In this document: in pieces, positions 36,833-49,216 of the stretch | Layout of the letters: every line of letters begins with the position of its first letter | Numbering within the stretch: position 1 is the stretch's first letter | From: Coniocarpon cinnabarinum | Taxonomy: Eukaryota | DNA: 64,000 nt | Assembly (NCBI GenBank): GCA_051942205.1 | Contig: JAVECO010000095.1 | Span: 1 to 64,000 of the forward strand | Direction: 5' to 3' | The notes under the pieces: model-generated | Databases searched by the model: none | The model's input: the letters and a program-made list of their open reading frames with translations, nothing else | Told to the model about the DNA's origin: nothing | Position numbers and translations under genes: made by a program

Positions 36833-38602
36833 ATGGCTTCTCCAAACGATCCTCGCGATCCTAATCCTTTCGTCGCCTTCCGCCGCTACGCTGACACCCA
36901 GTTTGCCCACATGTTCAACTCCCTCGCCGATCCCTTCCGGCAAGGCTTCCCACGCGATGATGCTCAATGGCGACAAGCTCAGGAAGATCTCTGGCGAAAG
37001 TTTGAAAGAAGCTACGAGAGGTCGACGAATCCGAACCGGACACAAACCGAACGTGACACGTATAGCCAGCCTAGCCCAGCAGACACGAAGAAAGACGCAG
37101 ACGGTCTTCCGAGCTTTGGCAGAGAAATTGAAGATCCGCTACAGCCCACTGACGGGCCGTTTGCCCCTGAACATGTCCACAGGAGGGAGATGAAGAAGCG
37201 TAACGCCAACATTTTGGGAAAGCTTCTCACTGCCCTCGGCAAGACGACACTTGAAGAAGAGTCGATTCGATTGTTGGGTCAGCAGCTCCAGCGGGACGAA
37301 CTAGAAGAGCGAGAACGTGCAGAAGAGATTGGCCGGCGGATGGATCGATGCCCGGGTGTCCAGGCGATGTACAGAGAAGCAGAGGAGCAGGAGCAAAGAG
37401 AGGAGATCGGACGACGCATGGATCCTTGTCCGGGTGTGCAAGCCATGTACGCAGAAGCCGAGGAGAACGAGCGCGCCGAAGAGATCGGCCGTCGAATGGA
37501 CAAGTGTCCCGGCGTGCAGCAGATGTACGCCGAGCAAGAAGCCACGGACGAGGCCAACCGCCGCATCGACAGATGCCCCTGGGTACAGCAGCAAGAACGA
37601 CAGCAAGGCAATCAACAAGACGACGAACGAACAACGCCTTACGGCATGTCCTGGTCCTGGGGCCCATGGGGCTGCGAAATGGGGTCTCGACGCACTCGCC
37701 TCTCCTCTTCCGACGACGACAAAGACGCCCCCGACGTCAGGGTCGAAGAACACACATTTGGTCCGTGGACAATCGGTCCGATCCACGTGGGACCCATGAG
37801 CATGAGCACGTCATTCCCACGCGATTATCAAGCGGAAGTGCAAAAGCACCTCGAGGAGATTGAAAAGAGACGCGACGAGTACTTCGGTCGCATGATGCAG
37901 ATGGACCCTCGACCACGCGCAACGCGTAGCTCATCCAGCGGAGAGGCAAACACTGATACAGATAACGATTCGCGCTATGCTCCCACTGAGCTGATGAAAC
38001 GCGACGGCTTCCGCGGCCATCTCAATTGGCGCCAGGCGTTTGAGGATCTCATGGCTGTCGAGACGGGCGACGTCATGCTGGGCGGCACGCCATGGAGTGC
38101 GACCGAGACTGAAAGTGACGAAAGTTGGCGAGCTCGACTCACAGATCGGGGTTTGTACAGCGCCAGTGACGCATGGCAACGGCGTATGGTTGGGTTGCAC
38201 CAAGCATCCTCCGAGACCGATCAAAGCGTACAAAGGACTCAGGAAGGCCCGCACAGTGAGCTTGAGCTTTACGACGCGATGACGCAGCGGCAGTCATCTG
38301 CTTTCCCACATGAAGAAGAACGACAGATGCACCCCGCAAAGCCGAGCATTCTGAGCACCGTCACCAGCGTGGAGACGGTGCAAAACCCAGATGGCTCCAC
38401 GACCACGAAGCGAAGCACCAAACGCCGCTTCGCAGACGGACGAGTGGAGAAGGAGGAAGAGCGGGAGGAGACGCCCGCAGTACGGACACCACAATCGCCA
38501 TCAGTGCGACGATTAGGGGAGCAGGAGGAGAAGAGAGCCCCCAGGATTGCGGAGAGAGCGGAGAAGCAAGGAAAAGAGAAGGGAAGCTGGTTCTGGTCGT
38601 GA
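36833..38602 (+). CDS. Conserved fungal hypothetical protein (589 aa) with internal 26-aa Cys-Pro repeats and WFWS C-terminus
   Basis: Intronless ORF; NPFVAFRRYAD, WRQAFEDLM, ELELYD, SILSTVTSVETVQNPDGSTTTK..FADGR, KGSWFWS*; repeat EEIGRRMDxCPGVQxMY. Confidence 0.85.
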   Translation: MASPNDPRDPNPFVAFRRYADTQFAHMFNSLADPFRQGFPRDDAQWRQAQEDLWRKFERSYERSTNPNRTQTERDTYSQPSPADTKKDADGLPSFGREIEDPLQPTDGPFAPEHVHRREMKKRNANILGKLLTALGKTTLEEESIRLLGQQLQRDELEERERAEEIGRRMDRCPGVQAMYREAEEQEQREEIGRRMDPCPGVQAMYAEAEENERAEEIGRRMDKCPGVQQMYAEQEATDEANRRIDRCPWVQQQERQQGNQQDDERTTPYGMSWSWGPWGCEMGSRRTRLSSSDDDKDAPDVRVEEHTFGPWTIGPIHVGPMSMSTSFPRDYQAEVQKHLEEIEKRRDEYFGRMMQMDPRPRATRSSSSGEANTDTDNDSRYAPTELMKRDGFRGHLNWRQAFEDLMAVETGDVMLGGTPWSATETESDESWRARLTDRGLYSASDAWQRRMVGLHQASSETDQSVQRTQEGPHSELELYDAMTQRQSSAFPHEEERQMHPAKPSILSTVTSVETVQNPDGSTTTKRSTKRRFADGRVEKEEEREETPAVRTPQSPSVRRLGEQEEKRAPRIAERAEKQGKEKGSWFWS

Positions 38603-39195
38603 ACGTTGATAATTGGAGATGAGAATGGGTGGATGGAGGATGGGATGAGGAATGAATGATGGCATGAGGTGTTTTCGTCTCCTCTCAACCGTGATATTCG
38701 CATAGCCTGCTCAATGATACTATCACTCCCTGATTTCAACACCTCATGCGCTACGTCAATTGTGCTCCAAATATCCATACACATTTAAAGTCGATATTGC
38801 ATAGCCATTTTGCTACCCTGTTGCCCGTTGCCAGTGTCTCGGCTAGTTACAGTAGGCTGTTGTCTTGGATGCCGCGTAAAACGGTGAATTTATCAAAGAC
38901 ATTCATTCTTCCGTCATGTCCAAGTGAGGCGAGAGCATACTTGAGCGGGTTCTGCTTGGAGTTACCAGGCTCTATTGTCTTGAACACACCGAATCGTCGA
39001 AACGGTAAAGGGAAGCACCGCATTTCTTGGAAAGGTCACGTGTAACACATTTCGTGCATATACCTCATTTCAAGCATTAGGCTCAAAGCGCAGGACATCG
39101 ACATCATACAGCTCAAGTCCACCAAATACTCCAAGTTCTCTTAACAGCGTGCGAGCCGGATCGCCGGGGGCTTCATCACCTGAACACCGCCGGCA

Positions 39196-40629
39196 ATGTC
39201 ACAGGAACTTCAATCATCTCCGATTCAAACCACGCTCCCAATGCTCACACGACCCACATCACTCCAGGCCTTTCTCGCCACTGCTCGTCGCGCCCTCACT
39301 CAGCACCAGCGAGTCTCTCAGCGCGCTATCGAGCGACACGCCCTCCCGCCACTCAGCTTCGTGACCGGCAATGAATCCTGCGACCTCGACTCTGCGACTT
39401 CCGCACTGCTGTATGCCTACTTTCGATCGTACCGGGACGTGCGACATCCGAGACAGACTTCTCCACGATTGCATGTCCCTGTTTTGAACATTCCTCGCCG
39501 GGACGTACGGATCAGACCGGAGCTGGTCCGCTTACTTGATATAGTCGGTGTGAGCGAGGGTGATCTGGTGACAGGAGATGAAGTCGCAGCTTCTTTGAGA
39601 CCGATGGCTGCGACCGAGGAAGGTGAAAGTCGTGACGAAGAGCCAGACATCCATGTCATCCTTGTGGACCATAACAAGCCCGTGAACTTCTTTAGCGGCA
39701 CGACCCGCCACATCCACGGCTGCGTCGACCACCACGTCGACGAAGGCGTCATTCCGTCTTCTGCCAATCCTCGCATCATCACTCTCGAAGCAGGAAGCTG
39801 CACAAGTCTCGTAGTCCAGGACGTGAGAACAGAATGGGACGAGCTCAGCGCCTCTGCTCAGAATTCCGGCGCCGCGAACGCACAAGCCGATAGCGGAATC
39901 GGCACAGAAGACGAAGCAATGCGCCGAGGATGGGACGCACAGCTTGCCAAGCTTGCACTGGCTAGTATTCTTATCGACACAAATAACCTCCAGGACTCGA
40001 GCAAGACGCGTGATGTTGATCGTGAAGGCGTGGCATACCTGACGGCGAAGATCGATTTGGCACCGCCTGGGAAAGGCGGCGGGGTGTTTGATCGACAGAG
40101 ATTCTTCGAGGATATCCGAGAGGCCAAAAGTAACTTGGATGCGCTGAGCGTCGAACAAGTGCTGAGGAAGGATTACAAGGAGTTTGAGATTATTGGAAAG
40201 CGCTTGGGTACGAGCAGTGTGGTGAAGCCGCTGAGCTGGATGGCTCGAAAAGCGGAGACGGAGGGGAGCAGTGATGTCGACGGATTAGCAAGCGTTCTGA
40301 AGGCATTCGCACACGAGCGGAGATTGGATGTATTTGTCGTTCTAACAGCTGCGGTGCATGGCCTGAATAATGAGTTTCAAAGGGAGTTGATGATCCATTT
40401 AGAGCTGGTGGGATCCGACGGCAGTGGGATTGAGAAACCTTTGCCTAGACACTGGCAATCGCGCTTGGAGGAAGCCTTGAAGTTGGAGCCGTCACAAGAA
40501 GCCAGAACCCAGGCCAATGGCGCAGGTCTCCGTATTTGGAGGCAACATGATCTGTCGAAGAGTCGCAAGCAGATTGCGCCATTCTTGCGAGACATGATGG
40601 GCGAAGCCGCAAAGCTGGACGGTGGTTGA
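39196..40629 (+). CDS. PPX1: Exopolyphosphatase (DHH/DHHA2 family)
   Basis: GNESCDLDS, LVDHN, VDHH, GSCTSLV, ILIDT, LRKDYKEF, SRKQIAP. The start may be 39241. Confidence 0.92.
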   Translation: MSQELQSSPIQTTLPMLTRPTSLQAFLATARRALTQHQRVSQRAIERHALPPLSFVTGNESCDLDSATSALLYAYFRSYRDVRHPRQTSPRLHVPVLNIPRRDVRIRPELVRLLDIVGVSEGDLVTGDEVAASLRPMAATEEGESRDEEPDIHVILVDHNKPVNFFSGTTRHIHGCVDHHVDEGVIPSSANPRIITLEAGSCTSLVVQDVRTEWDELSASAQNSGAANAQADSGIGTEDEAMRRGWDAQLAKLALASILIDTNNLQDSSKTRDVDREGVAYLTAKIDLAPPGKGGGVFDRQRFFEDIREAKSNLDALSVEQVLRKDYKEFEIIGKRLGTSSVVKPLSWMARKAETEGSSDVDGLASVLKAFAHERRLDVFVVLTAAVHGLNNEFQRELMIHLELVGSDGSGIEKPLPRHWQSRLEEALKLEPSQEARTQANGAGLRIWRQHDLSKSRKQIAPFLRDMMGEAAKLDGG

Positions 40630-41044
40630 GGGAGTTGGCCGTGAAGTGAGAATTGCTGTTGGTTTCAGTAGCCGCAATGGTCACGGTCGTTGTCAGGTTT
40701 CAATCTAGGTAGCGAGACTATACGATCAAAAGAGATTGGTTCCGAAGCCACAAGCGCAGTGGCGAAAGCCCGTGTCACCTCATAAGATGCTGAAATATAT
40801 TGCAGCAAGTACCTTTTTTCACATGGCTTTTGCAGCCAGTGCCGCCATATAGCAGATTTTGCACAGACTCTTAAAGGTCGTTGCCATATGATCTTGCGTG
40901 TTATGAACGTGGTAAGGCTTTAAATTGAGTCGCTGTGGTGCGTACCTAGTGGCTCAATGCTGTCTGGACGTGGCAACGTGGACTTCAAGAGCACGTCTTC
41001 TTCGAGAATACAAGTAGTCCTGTGGTCTTGGTTAAACAGTCATG

Positions 41045-42004
41045 TCACTCAACTGGCAAGACCGCGGCTCGCTTTGCCGCCCTCAAGGTTGCGTCGACAA
41101 CTTTCTCGGTGTCAGCGCTCTTGAACGGCACACGGTGTCCGCCGTCCCATTCGACCAGTTCATTGGCATCACCTTCAGAATAGTAATCTCTGAGTCGCTG
41201 ATGCAGATGCCTGCCTGGATCCTGGAGCCCATGCACATGCACACTGGGAAGGATCAATCGGTCTTCGTTGCTTTCCACGTCAAATTCAAAACCGCCTTCA
41301 CTGATGCCGCCGGCACCCATCATCCTTGGCCGCCCTTCCGAGAAGCTAGACATCTTGACTAAGGGCGCGCGACCCGCGAAAAGTAGCGCAAACCGCCATT
41401 TGCCGCCGGCTAAGCCCTCTGGCATGTCCGATAGATCCATTGGTTCAATGTCGTTCTGCTCCTCGTCTGCTCCAAAGAAACCGCCGTACAGGCCGTCTGC
41501 GCTTATCTTGGCTGGCTCCGTCTTCTTGCTATTTCGATCCTCTTTCCCCGACTTTCTTCTCTGTTCTTCTAACCTCAACTGGCAATCGTATAATATCGAA
41601 GCCGACACCTTTGCTCCCTGGCTGAACCCCACGAGACCTACCCACTCCCCCTTGCCACCTCTTGCGTCATCCTCCTCCATCGTCTCGCGCACCTTGTACT
41701 CGATTTCCTCAAGTGCCTCGTCATCGCCAACTTCGGGATGCTCTGCGTCGATCCACCTCAGCCATCTTCTGTAAGGTCCCATACCGGCATACACGGGAAG
41801 CATGCCCGGCCCAGCATTACAGAAGAACGGTCCATCGGCGAAGACCAGCCGGAAAGTAGAGGAGAGGGCAGCACGGAAGGAGCGCAACTGAAGTGCAAAG
41901 ATCTCGGCGGTGACGCCGCCGCCGTGGATGCAGAGGAGGCGGGGAAGTGAGGCAGTGGAAGGTGTGACTGGATCGGCTGTGTGGGATGGTGCTTCGCTTG
42001 CCAT
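41045..42004 (-). CDS. FSH1-family serine hydrolase/esterase (CtnB/LovG-like)
   Basis: PRLLCIHGGGV, DGPF, GFSQGA, HVHGLQD, WDGGHRVP. Confidence 0.88.
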   Translation of the reverse strand: MASEAPSHTADPVTPSTASLPRLLCIHGGGVTAEIFALQLRSFRAALSSTFRLVFADGPFFCNAGPGMLPVYAGMGPYRRWLRWIDAEHPEVGDDEALEEIEYKVRETMEEDDARGGKGEWVGLVGFSQGAKVSASILYDCQLRLEEQRRKSGKEDRNSKKTEPAKISADGLYGGFFGADEEQNDIEPMDLSDMPEGLAGGKWRFALLFAGRAPLVKMSSFSEGRPRMMGAGGISEGGFEFDVESNEDRLILPSVHVHGLQDPGRHLHQRLRDYYSEGDANELVEWDGGHRVPFKSADTEKVVDATLRAAKRAAVLPVE

Positions 42005-42426
42005 GACTGTATCTGTGTTCGGCGCTGCAACTGCGAGGTATGCTGAAGAGAGAATCAAAGGGGAGGCACACAATTGTCATTGGAAAGTGTCGGGAATCTT
42101 TTTGAAATCGGAGCTGACCAGGCTCGGGAAATGACTCGAGCTGCAAGGAACCCGTGGGCTATCGATAAGGCGGGCCCGCATGTGACATTGGACAAGCCAG
42201 GCCTGTGTCGCGTACGGTGCACCAGCTGTCCAACAGAGAACAGCATGACGAACTGCGTTTCTGTGCGCGCGACTGGATCGATGCTGTCTGATGTCTTTCA
42301 GCACTGTTCCAGTAGAGATTGCTTCGTTTCCTGGTAATCATGGAGCTGGACTTGGCGCCGTGGTTGCACGTTGATGTTCCTCGGAGCCTGTAAACGATGG
42401 CTTTGCTTTTTGATGTTGAGGACCGC

Positions 42427-43950
42427 TCAAGTCGTGACCTCTGGTAAGCGCACGGCTATGTCACCTGAGCAGGTAATGTACCTCACCTGTTTTTCGTTAG
42501 CATGTTTCGGTAGCAAACCTCCTGCACGAGGTTCCAAACTGACCCAGGGTAAGCTCGGATACTGCAGCTTCGGCTCGATAATCTTCAGATACCGCACTTG
42601 GATGCCACTCGTCGTAAAGTACGGGATTTCAAACTTGACCTGGATCGGTCGCTTGCCTGCCTTGCCCATGCTGGCACCGCCCATGCTGCCTCCGAAGCCA
42701 CCCATCATGCCGCCACCTTTTTCGTCGTCCCCTCGTACACTGGGCAATCCCAGCTCTGCTCGCATGAGGAACTCCTTCCCGCCGCCGAACTGCTTAATGC
42801 GCCATATGATCGCTGATCGTTCGGGTGCATAGTGCACGCTGCCAATGTTTGTTCGGAAACGAGGACTGTCCGCGTCTTCGGGTACTGGGACCGCGATTTC
42901 GACGTTGTTGGCTGTGGATCTCCTCTTGAATTGCGCCTTTGCCTTCAGCATGTATTCTATTCGGCTCCCACTGTGGCTTTCTACCAAGCATTCGACCCAG
43001 ATCAAAGGCTTGACTTGGGTGTTCAAGCGGTAGGACATCAGTTCGAATTCGCCATCCGGTGGTATGAATGATATCGTCCGGTCATTCTCAAAACGCGACA
43101 GCCGCACACACTGGTGAAACTTGACGTCTTCCATCTCTACTGCTTTGCCACGGCTCGCTCGTCCAGTCGTCTCGAACATGGCTTTGTCATTGAGACCGAG
43201 CCGCAGCTCCGGCATGCCAGAGAGATAGCATTTCATCTTGATGGCTCCAAGGATTTCTGATCGAAGAACATTGCCGGTCGCAGAGACCAGTAGATTGAGA
43301 GACTCGACCACATCCAAGAAGACCTCATTCTTGCGATAGCGGATGCCTTCCGATCGCCAAGACACGGCGTTAGTGACCGCAATGGGTGGGCGCGCCTGAA
43401 TCTCGAGCTTGTGTGATTCTTGCGTAATGTATTCCTGCAATATCTTGCTCTCTGTGGTTTGTGGATGTCCGAAGTCCATCATCTCGTCGAGCAGTTCGTA
43501 GATGATGACGAAGTTGTCGCGAATACTCTCCTCTTCCAGCTCCTTGAAATACTCCGTGAAAACCTCGACAATCTTATGGAGGAAAAGAAGTAACTCGGCG
43601 GCATTGCTATTTCGCTTCGTAAGGGCCAAGAGGTAGAGATTATTGTGACGGATGTAAAGATACTATGACGGATCACCGCGTCAGCATGGCCAATGCTAGG
43701 TCTAAATGCTCCAGGTAGTGTCTCACATTGATGCCTTCATCGGTGAAGCAGGGTGGCACAGCGGAACTTTCCTCCTCGGCTTCGGAGAGGAGTATGGGAA
43801 ATTTGTCGACTGCAGACATTGGTATATCTCCCCTGTAGTTGCGGGCAAGAAGAGTCTGTGCATGCATGAGTCTTATGGATACTTGCAAGTACTTGTCAAG
43901 AAGCACAATACCTTGCCCTTGAGATCGAGAAAGAAGATTGCGGAAGCCAT
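42427..43950 (-). CDS. APM1: AP-1 adaptor complex medium subunit mu1, multi-exon
   Basis: MASAIFFLDLKGK, IRDNFVIIYELLDEMMDFG, VSWRSEGIRYRKNEVFLDVVE, DVKFHQCV, FIPPDGEFELMSYR, PYFTTSGIQVRYLKI. Confidence 0.97.
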
Positions 43951-44799
43951 GACAAGATTTGGTGGAGCTGAGGACGATCAAGGAAGCTTAAGAGATTATC
44001 TCGAGAGATCTACGTGCTGCGAAACCATTGCGTGCCGAAGAGCTAGTAGTGGACTGTCGAAGCTGGGTCACTATGAAGGGAATCAAATTGCTATGCTTCC
44101 GTTGCAGATAAAGGCCATTTACGTATACTGGCATCGGGAAATGCCGTTGAGGATCATGCATTTCCATTTGCAGCCTAACTGCAGCCCCTGGTGCGTGACT
44201 CAGGGGTAACCAACTTTTTGAGCACATGCTGCCGCGTTTGTGATTCTCTCTCCAGGCATCCAAAAGACAGTGCAGGACCGCATCTCACGCATGACGACTC
44301 ATTTTGAGCGAAATGCTGACATAAATTGCGGCTTTGCGATTGAGAGATGCCGAGAAGAACAACGTGAAGCTTCCATAAGAGCTGGCTGAGCATATGATCA
44401 AGTTGCGCAGGCGGTGTCAGAGGACGCAAACAAGGTTTAACTCATCAAACTCCCGTAGGAGACGCTTTGGGCACAGGGCAATAGACTTATATGTGTATCA
44501 AGAAGCTCTCTGCCTCGATTGGGCGCTGTAATTTGATTCAGCGTCGTCACCAATGTTTCACGGTCCAGCCGTGAATAATCCGCTTAACTTCACATTGAAT
44601 TTTTAAGCGACCTAACAGAGGTGCTGTCCCTGCGGTGACATCTTTATCAACGCTATTAATTAACCCCTTCGAATTCACAACGCAGAGGTATATGCTGTCT
44701 CAAGTGTTCATGTCCTGTCATGAAACAGGACATTCCTTGTATTCGTGTATGCCGAGGATTCCCAGGTCCTACAGTCGTATGCCTCGTATCAAAACTCTT

Positions 44800-45561
44800 T
44801 CAAGAAAATATTCTGCCCCTCTGTCCGCTCTCAAATGATTCTAGCATAACTCTGTTGCTCTGGCCTGGCCATGTCCACACATCAACGACTATACCGCGCT
44901 GCTCATGCCCTGAGTAGAATGTTCAGAAAGTCTCGACTTCGATGGTAGGCTACAGTGCGCGTAACATACTCGGTTCCGTTCCTAGCGCCCACTTGTGCTC
45001 TCGGTAAGCTGCACTCAATTGGACATTGACGGGGTATCGGAAAAATAGCAGTGCCAGGAGCAAGGGCAGCGAGCCGTCCATGCCAGGACCTATGGAGCTC
45101 GGAACTGTTGGCCTGAAGCCGTCCGGGAGAAGACGCGCAGCCCAGAGTTGATCTGATCTCCATGCTCGCAACGATTCCTGGGGTCCAGCTATGTCGGCTC
45201 GCGATGAACCATTGGCTCTCCAAGTAAAGCACATTCGTCGCCAGCCAGTTGTGGGTGAGTCCGCACCGTCAGGAGCCGCGGAACCGACGGCATACCTTGT
45301 AGCATCGAAATCCACAAGGTAGATGTTCCCCTGGGCATAGTAGACTGACACGGTCTCGAAGTGGGTAGGGATGTATTGAGTCTGGAAAGTCTGCGTGGCG
45401 TTGGCGAATTGATCTGAATTGATGTAGCTCAGACGTTCGCCGTCACACGGGAAGAAATATCCAGTGTTGATGCTTGGCACAACCCGATTCGATCCTAGTT
45501 GATTTGGAGGGTGCCACACCCCGTAGCTATCCCGTCTTCCAGCGTTGGTTGCCGGTCGCAT
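44800..45561 (-). CDS. Hypothetical fungal protein, 2 exons
   Basis: MRPATNAGRRDSYGVWH..GYFFPCDG..DFDAT..GWRRMCF..QLWAARLLP..GSLPLLLALL; GTATGT intron about 44971-44910; last exon RGIVVDVW..FESGQRGRIFS*. The start is uncertain (open frame extends to 45981). Confidence 0.6.
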
Positions 45562-47353
45562 CTCTCGCACCCGAAAGATGAAAGGAGGCGTGCTTTGCGG
45601 CCACCTCTGGACATGATCATTATCAGCAACAGATTTGGCGGTGTTGGCTTCGTATACACACAGCAGTGGCAGCCATCGCCAGCGAGCGACGTCCAGAACC
45701 CAGCAGATGCTTTTGTGAGCGCTAAGAACGCGGTACGCGCGCCTCTCACGCATCCCCGGCTTCTCGGCTCCATTGAGCCGGTACTTATGCGGGATGAGGC
45801 TCAAATGCACAGACCGAGAGATCGTGATCACGAGACATGATTTGTACAGGTGTGTGCAAGGTCGTACGGTCCGTAGTGTCGACTCGGTCGGGCTGCAAGG
45901 GTCCATGTAGCCAGTGAGCCAGTCCCAGGAGCTCGTCGGATGCCAGGAATCTCGCATGGTGCTCCGCACGAGGTTCCGCATGAAGTAGATATTCCCAGGT
46001 TCAAGGGAAGAGCATCGGCAGTTTTGGAGCCAATGACCTTTGGAGCCACACGGTAGCGACGCAGAACTTGGCTGATTGCGTTGGCGACTGCTGACAGTTG
46101 CAAAGATGCGACCACTGGAACGTTAGACTCGGGCGAATGCCATTGTCAGGCCTCACACCCCTCCCGAGGGGTATTCTTCCGGTGGCCGTCATATCTGGAA
46201 GCCGAGTAGAGATGGGTATGCAGTACCAACAAGATCCGTTCCAACGGTCGTGACTTGCGGCACTAGCAACGAGCGGTACGTGACCATTCCGGATGGTGTT
46301 CTAGCCAGTGAACGATGGTTCCGTTGGAGCGGGCTCGACGGATGCACGGTCTGGTCCGCGGGAGGGTGACTCTGGGGAGGAATCACCCCTGCTCTCCAAT
46401 GGCGTGCGGCGCTTTCTCGACCACTCCAGCCACGCCTCAAAGGGATGTGCATGCTCGGCGCCCTCCTAATGCACATCAACTTCTTCGTGGCGCGATCGAT
46501 CGGAGATGACTGGTCCGGCGCGGAGGTCGACAACATCTACCCGTGCTCGGGGCAATTCTCCATGAGCAGCGTCGGCAGCGGCAGCATGAGGACCCATGCG
46601 AAGACACCCTGAGCCCATGGGTTCGCCGCTGTTGATGTTCTTCGGTGAGAATCACGTGACTTATAGGACTCGGGAGCCGCAAGCGGAAAGGCGCAGAGCC
46701 GCACCAGCAAGATCGGCGAATGGGATGACGTTGGACATGGGGGTGAGCCTGGGCCAGTCGACGTGCCTCTGTTCACATCTTGACTGCGGTCGTTCGACCA
46801 CGCTGCGTCCAACACACGGCCGCTTGTCACGCACGACGAAGAGGGTCCTGCTGCGTGGCTTGCTGAAGCTGAGAGCGATCAATGTGTCGCGGAAGAGCCA
46901 TCTTCATATAAGCTTCACCATGACATCCTTGCCGGGCCGCAGCAGCATCGTTTGCCTGTTTGCCTGGTCCGCAACGCGAACAATGTCGTCCTCGTCCGTC
47001 CGCCAACCATGTTCGAGCATGCCCTTTAAGCCGCATCGTTCCTCGCGGTCAATGGAACCTTGTGCCGCTCAGCTGGGTTGCTGGACTGCACGAGGACCTC
47101 CTCTCGGCCAATGGGCGTGCCGGACTCAGGCAAGGCATACACGGCGTGAACCCCATGATCATCGTATTGAGATGGACAGATAATGGATCGTACAAAAGCC
47201 GGAAAGTCTGAGACACACGAGAGTGTAGATGCCTTGCAGGTCTAGCTCGACGGAAGAAAGAACGGTAATGGCAGAGGATGACTTCGTCCAGGCACGCAAG
47301 GAGGAAGTGAGATTGCGGGAGACCTGACATGGTGTGATCGTGCTGATGAGTAC

Positions 47354-49216
47354 TTAGAGCTTTGCACGCGATTGTGACTCCGCTTTAACATCGCTCTCAG
47401 CCCACTGCTTCAGTATGACACGTTGTATTTTCCCACTAGGACTTTTTGGCACCTCGTCAACAAACTTGACACCTCCCGTCAGCCATTTGTGACGAGATAC
47501 TGTCCTAGCGACCTCGTCCACGATATCCTGCTCACTTCTCCTGCCTTTGCTTTCTTCCTTCATGACCACGTAAGCTTTGGGCCTTTCTTCAACCTCGTCA
47601 TTCTGAGCCGTGGGCCTCAAACCAACGACTGCAGCATCCGCGACTCCATTGCAAGTCAAAAGCACCGCTATACGACATACACCGTTAGCAATTCCGCAAC
47701 CGAGTCGGAAAGAATGGATGAGAAGGGTGCGTACCTTCCAACTCGGCAGGTGCCACCTGAAATCCCCGAACCTTGATGAGCTCTTTCTTGCGATCTACGA
47801 TCCAATACCATGCTCGACCACTTGCGTCCGTCTTCCTGACGGCGACATCTCCAGTCTTGAGAAAGCCGTCAGGGTCAAAAGTGTCCTGAGTGGCTTGCTC
47901 ATTTCTCCAATAACCCAGACAAACATTTGGTCCCTTATAGAAGATTTCGCCTCTGGTCTCATCGTTTTGAACCTCACTGCCCTGGTCGTCTACTAGCTTC
48001 AGGCACGAGTTGGGGTCACAAAGGCCTGCTGCACCGGATTGGTCATGCAACAGACCGGGGACGTGAAGCCCGGAGCACGTCACTTCGGTCATGCCCCACG
48101 TCTGGACAACACGCAATGCTCCGCCCACGCGCGCCATGACCTCGTTTTGCACTTCTGCGCTGAGTGGCGCAGCCCCGCAAAGAATGTTGCTAAGGCTACT
48201 CAGATCGTGCCTAGCTGCCTCAGGTCTCTTGGCCAGCATCACGACCACTGGTGGAGCTGTCTGAATGTGGGTGATGCGATGGCGTTCAACGTTGCGTAAG
48301 AATGCTGGCAGGGCAAAGGCACGCATCATGTAAGTGGGGACGTGAGCAAATGCGGCGGCGGCGAGACTCCAGAGCTGCCCGAATGCATGGTAAAGGGGCA
48401 GGAAACCGAGCCACCGCTCTGGTGCATGCGGCAGGAGGGGCATGCTGTGATGGCTGTCTTGCGGAGATGCCGATTGCAGGTTGCGCATGAACAGCGATTG
48501 AGCGACATTGGAGATGATGTTCCTGTGCGAGATCATGACACCTTTTGGTAGACCCGTAGTCCCGGACGAGAAGTTGACCACGGCGGTCTTGTTACAGGCT
48601 TCTTCATGACTGAGACTTCGCCACCACCAGTTCTCAGACTCCTCCACCGAGCCGAGCATCGTCGACCAATCGCACACGCCACTCCGAGAACTGCATGCTT
48701 GATCGTCAAACAAGAATATGCGCTCTTTGGGAAACCGTGCCTGTTCTGCCGCGACTAAAGCGGTGTCAAGCAAGGACGGTTCGACCAAGATCACTTTGGC
48801 TTCTGTATTCTCGATCTGAAATCTGGTTTCTTGATGGGGAGATGTCAGTGGAGGATCGTTTGGCGGATGAATGAGGCTCTGAGTAGCAGCAGGAGGGCCT
48901 TACCACTCGGTCCATACGAGGGGTTAGACGCGCTGAAGATATATCCAAAGCCGGGCACTCCAAAATATACAACAGGAAATAGTACATGATTTTGTGAAAT
49001 CACCAAGACCACATCATTCTCTTTCAAACCAAGTCTGAAGAGTCCGAGTCCGAGTCTTCGCACCCAGACAAGTAATTGCCCAGGCGAGAGCGCTTTTTGA
49101 GGGTTCTCAGCGTCGATCCATAGCGGTTCGTCGGAGGGTTTCGAGTGCCTCGGTAATATCCAGCTGAGGATATTCGTTGCAGGTATAGGGAGATTGAACG
49201 GAGACGGGCAAGGCAT
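47354..49216 (-). CDS. 4-coumarate/phenylacetyl-CoA ligase-like adenylate-forming enzyme with PTS1, 3 exons
   Basis: FSSGTTGLPKG, LPLYHAFG, WGMTE, LKTGD, DRKKELIK, PKSPSGKI; ends -RAKL* (peroxisomal targeting signal). Confidence 0.93.

Noticed and set aside
37322..37590. CRISPR-like array
   Set aside because: Eukaryotic DNA; the repeats are in-frame coding units without unique spacers.
41045..49216. Secondary-metabolite cluster (FSH1 esterase plus acyl-CoA ligase)
   Set aside because: No PKS, NRPS, terpene synthase or cluster regulator in the window, and the genes are separated by housekeeping AP-1 mu.
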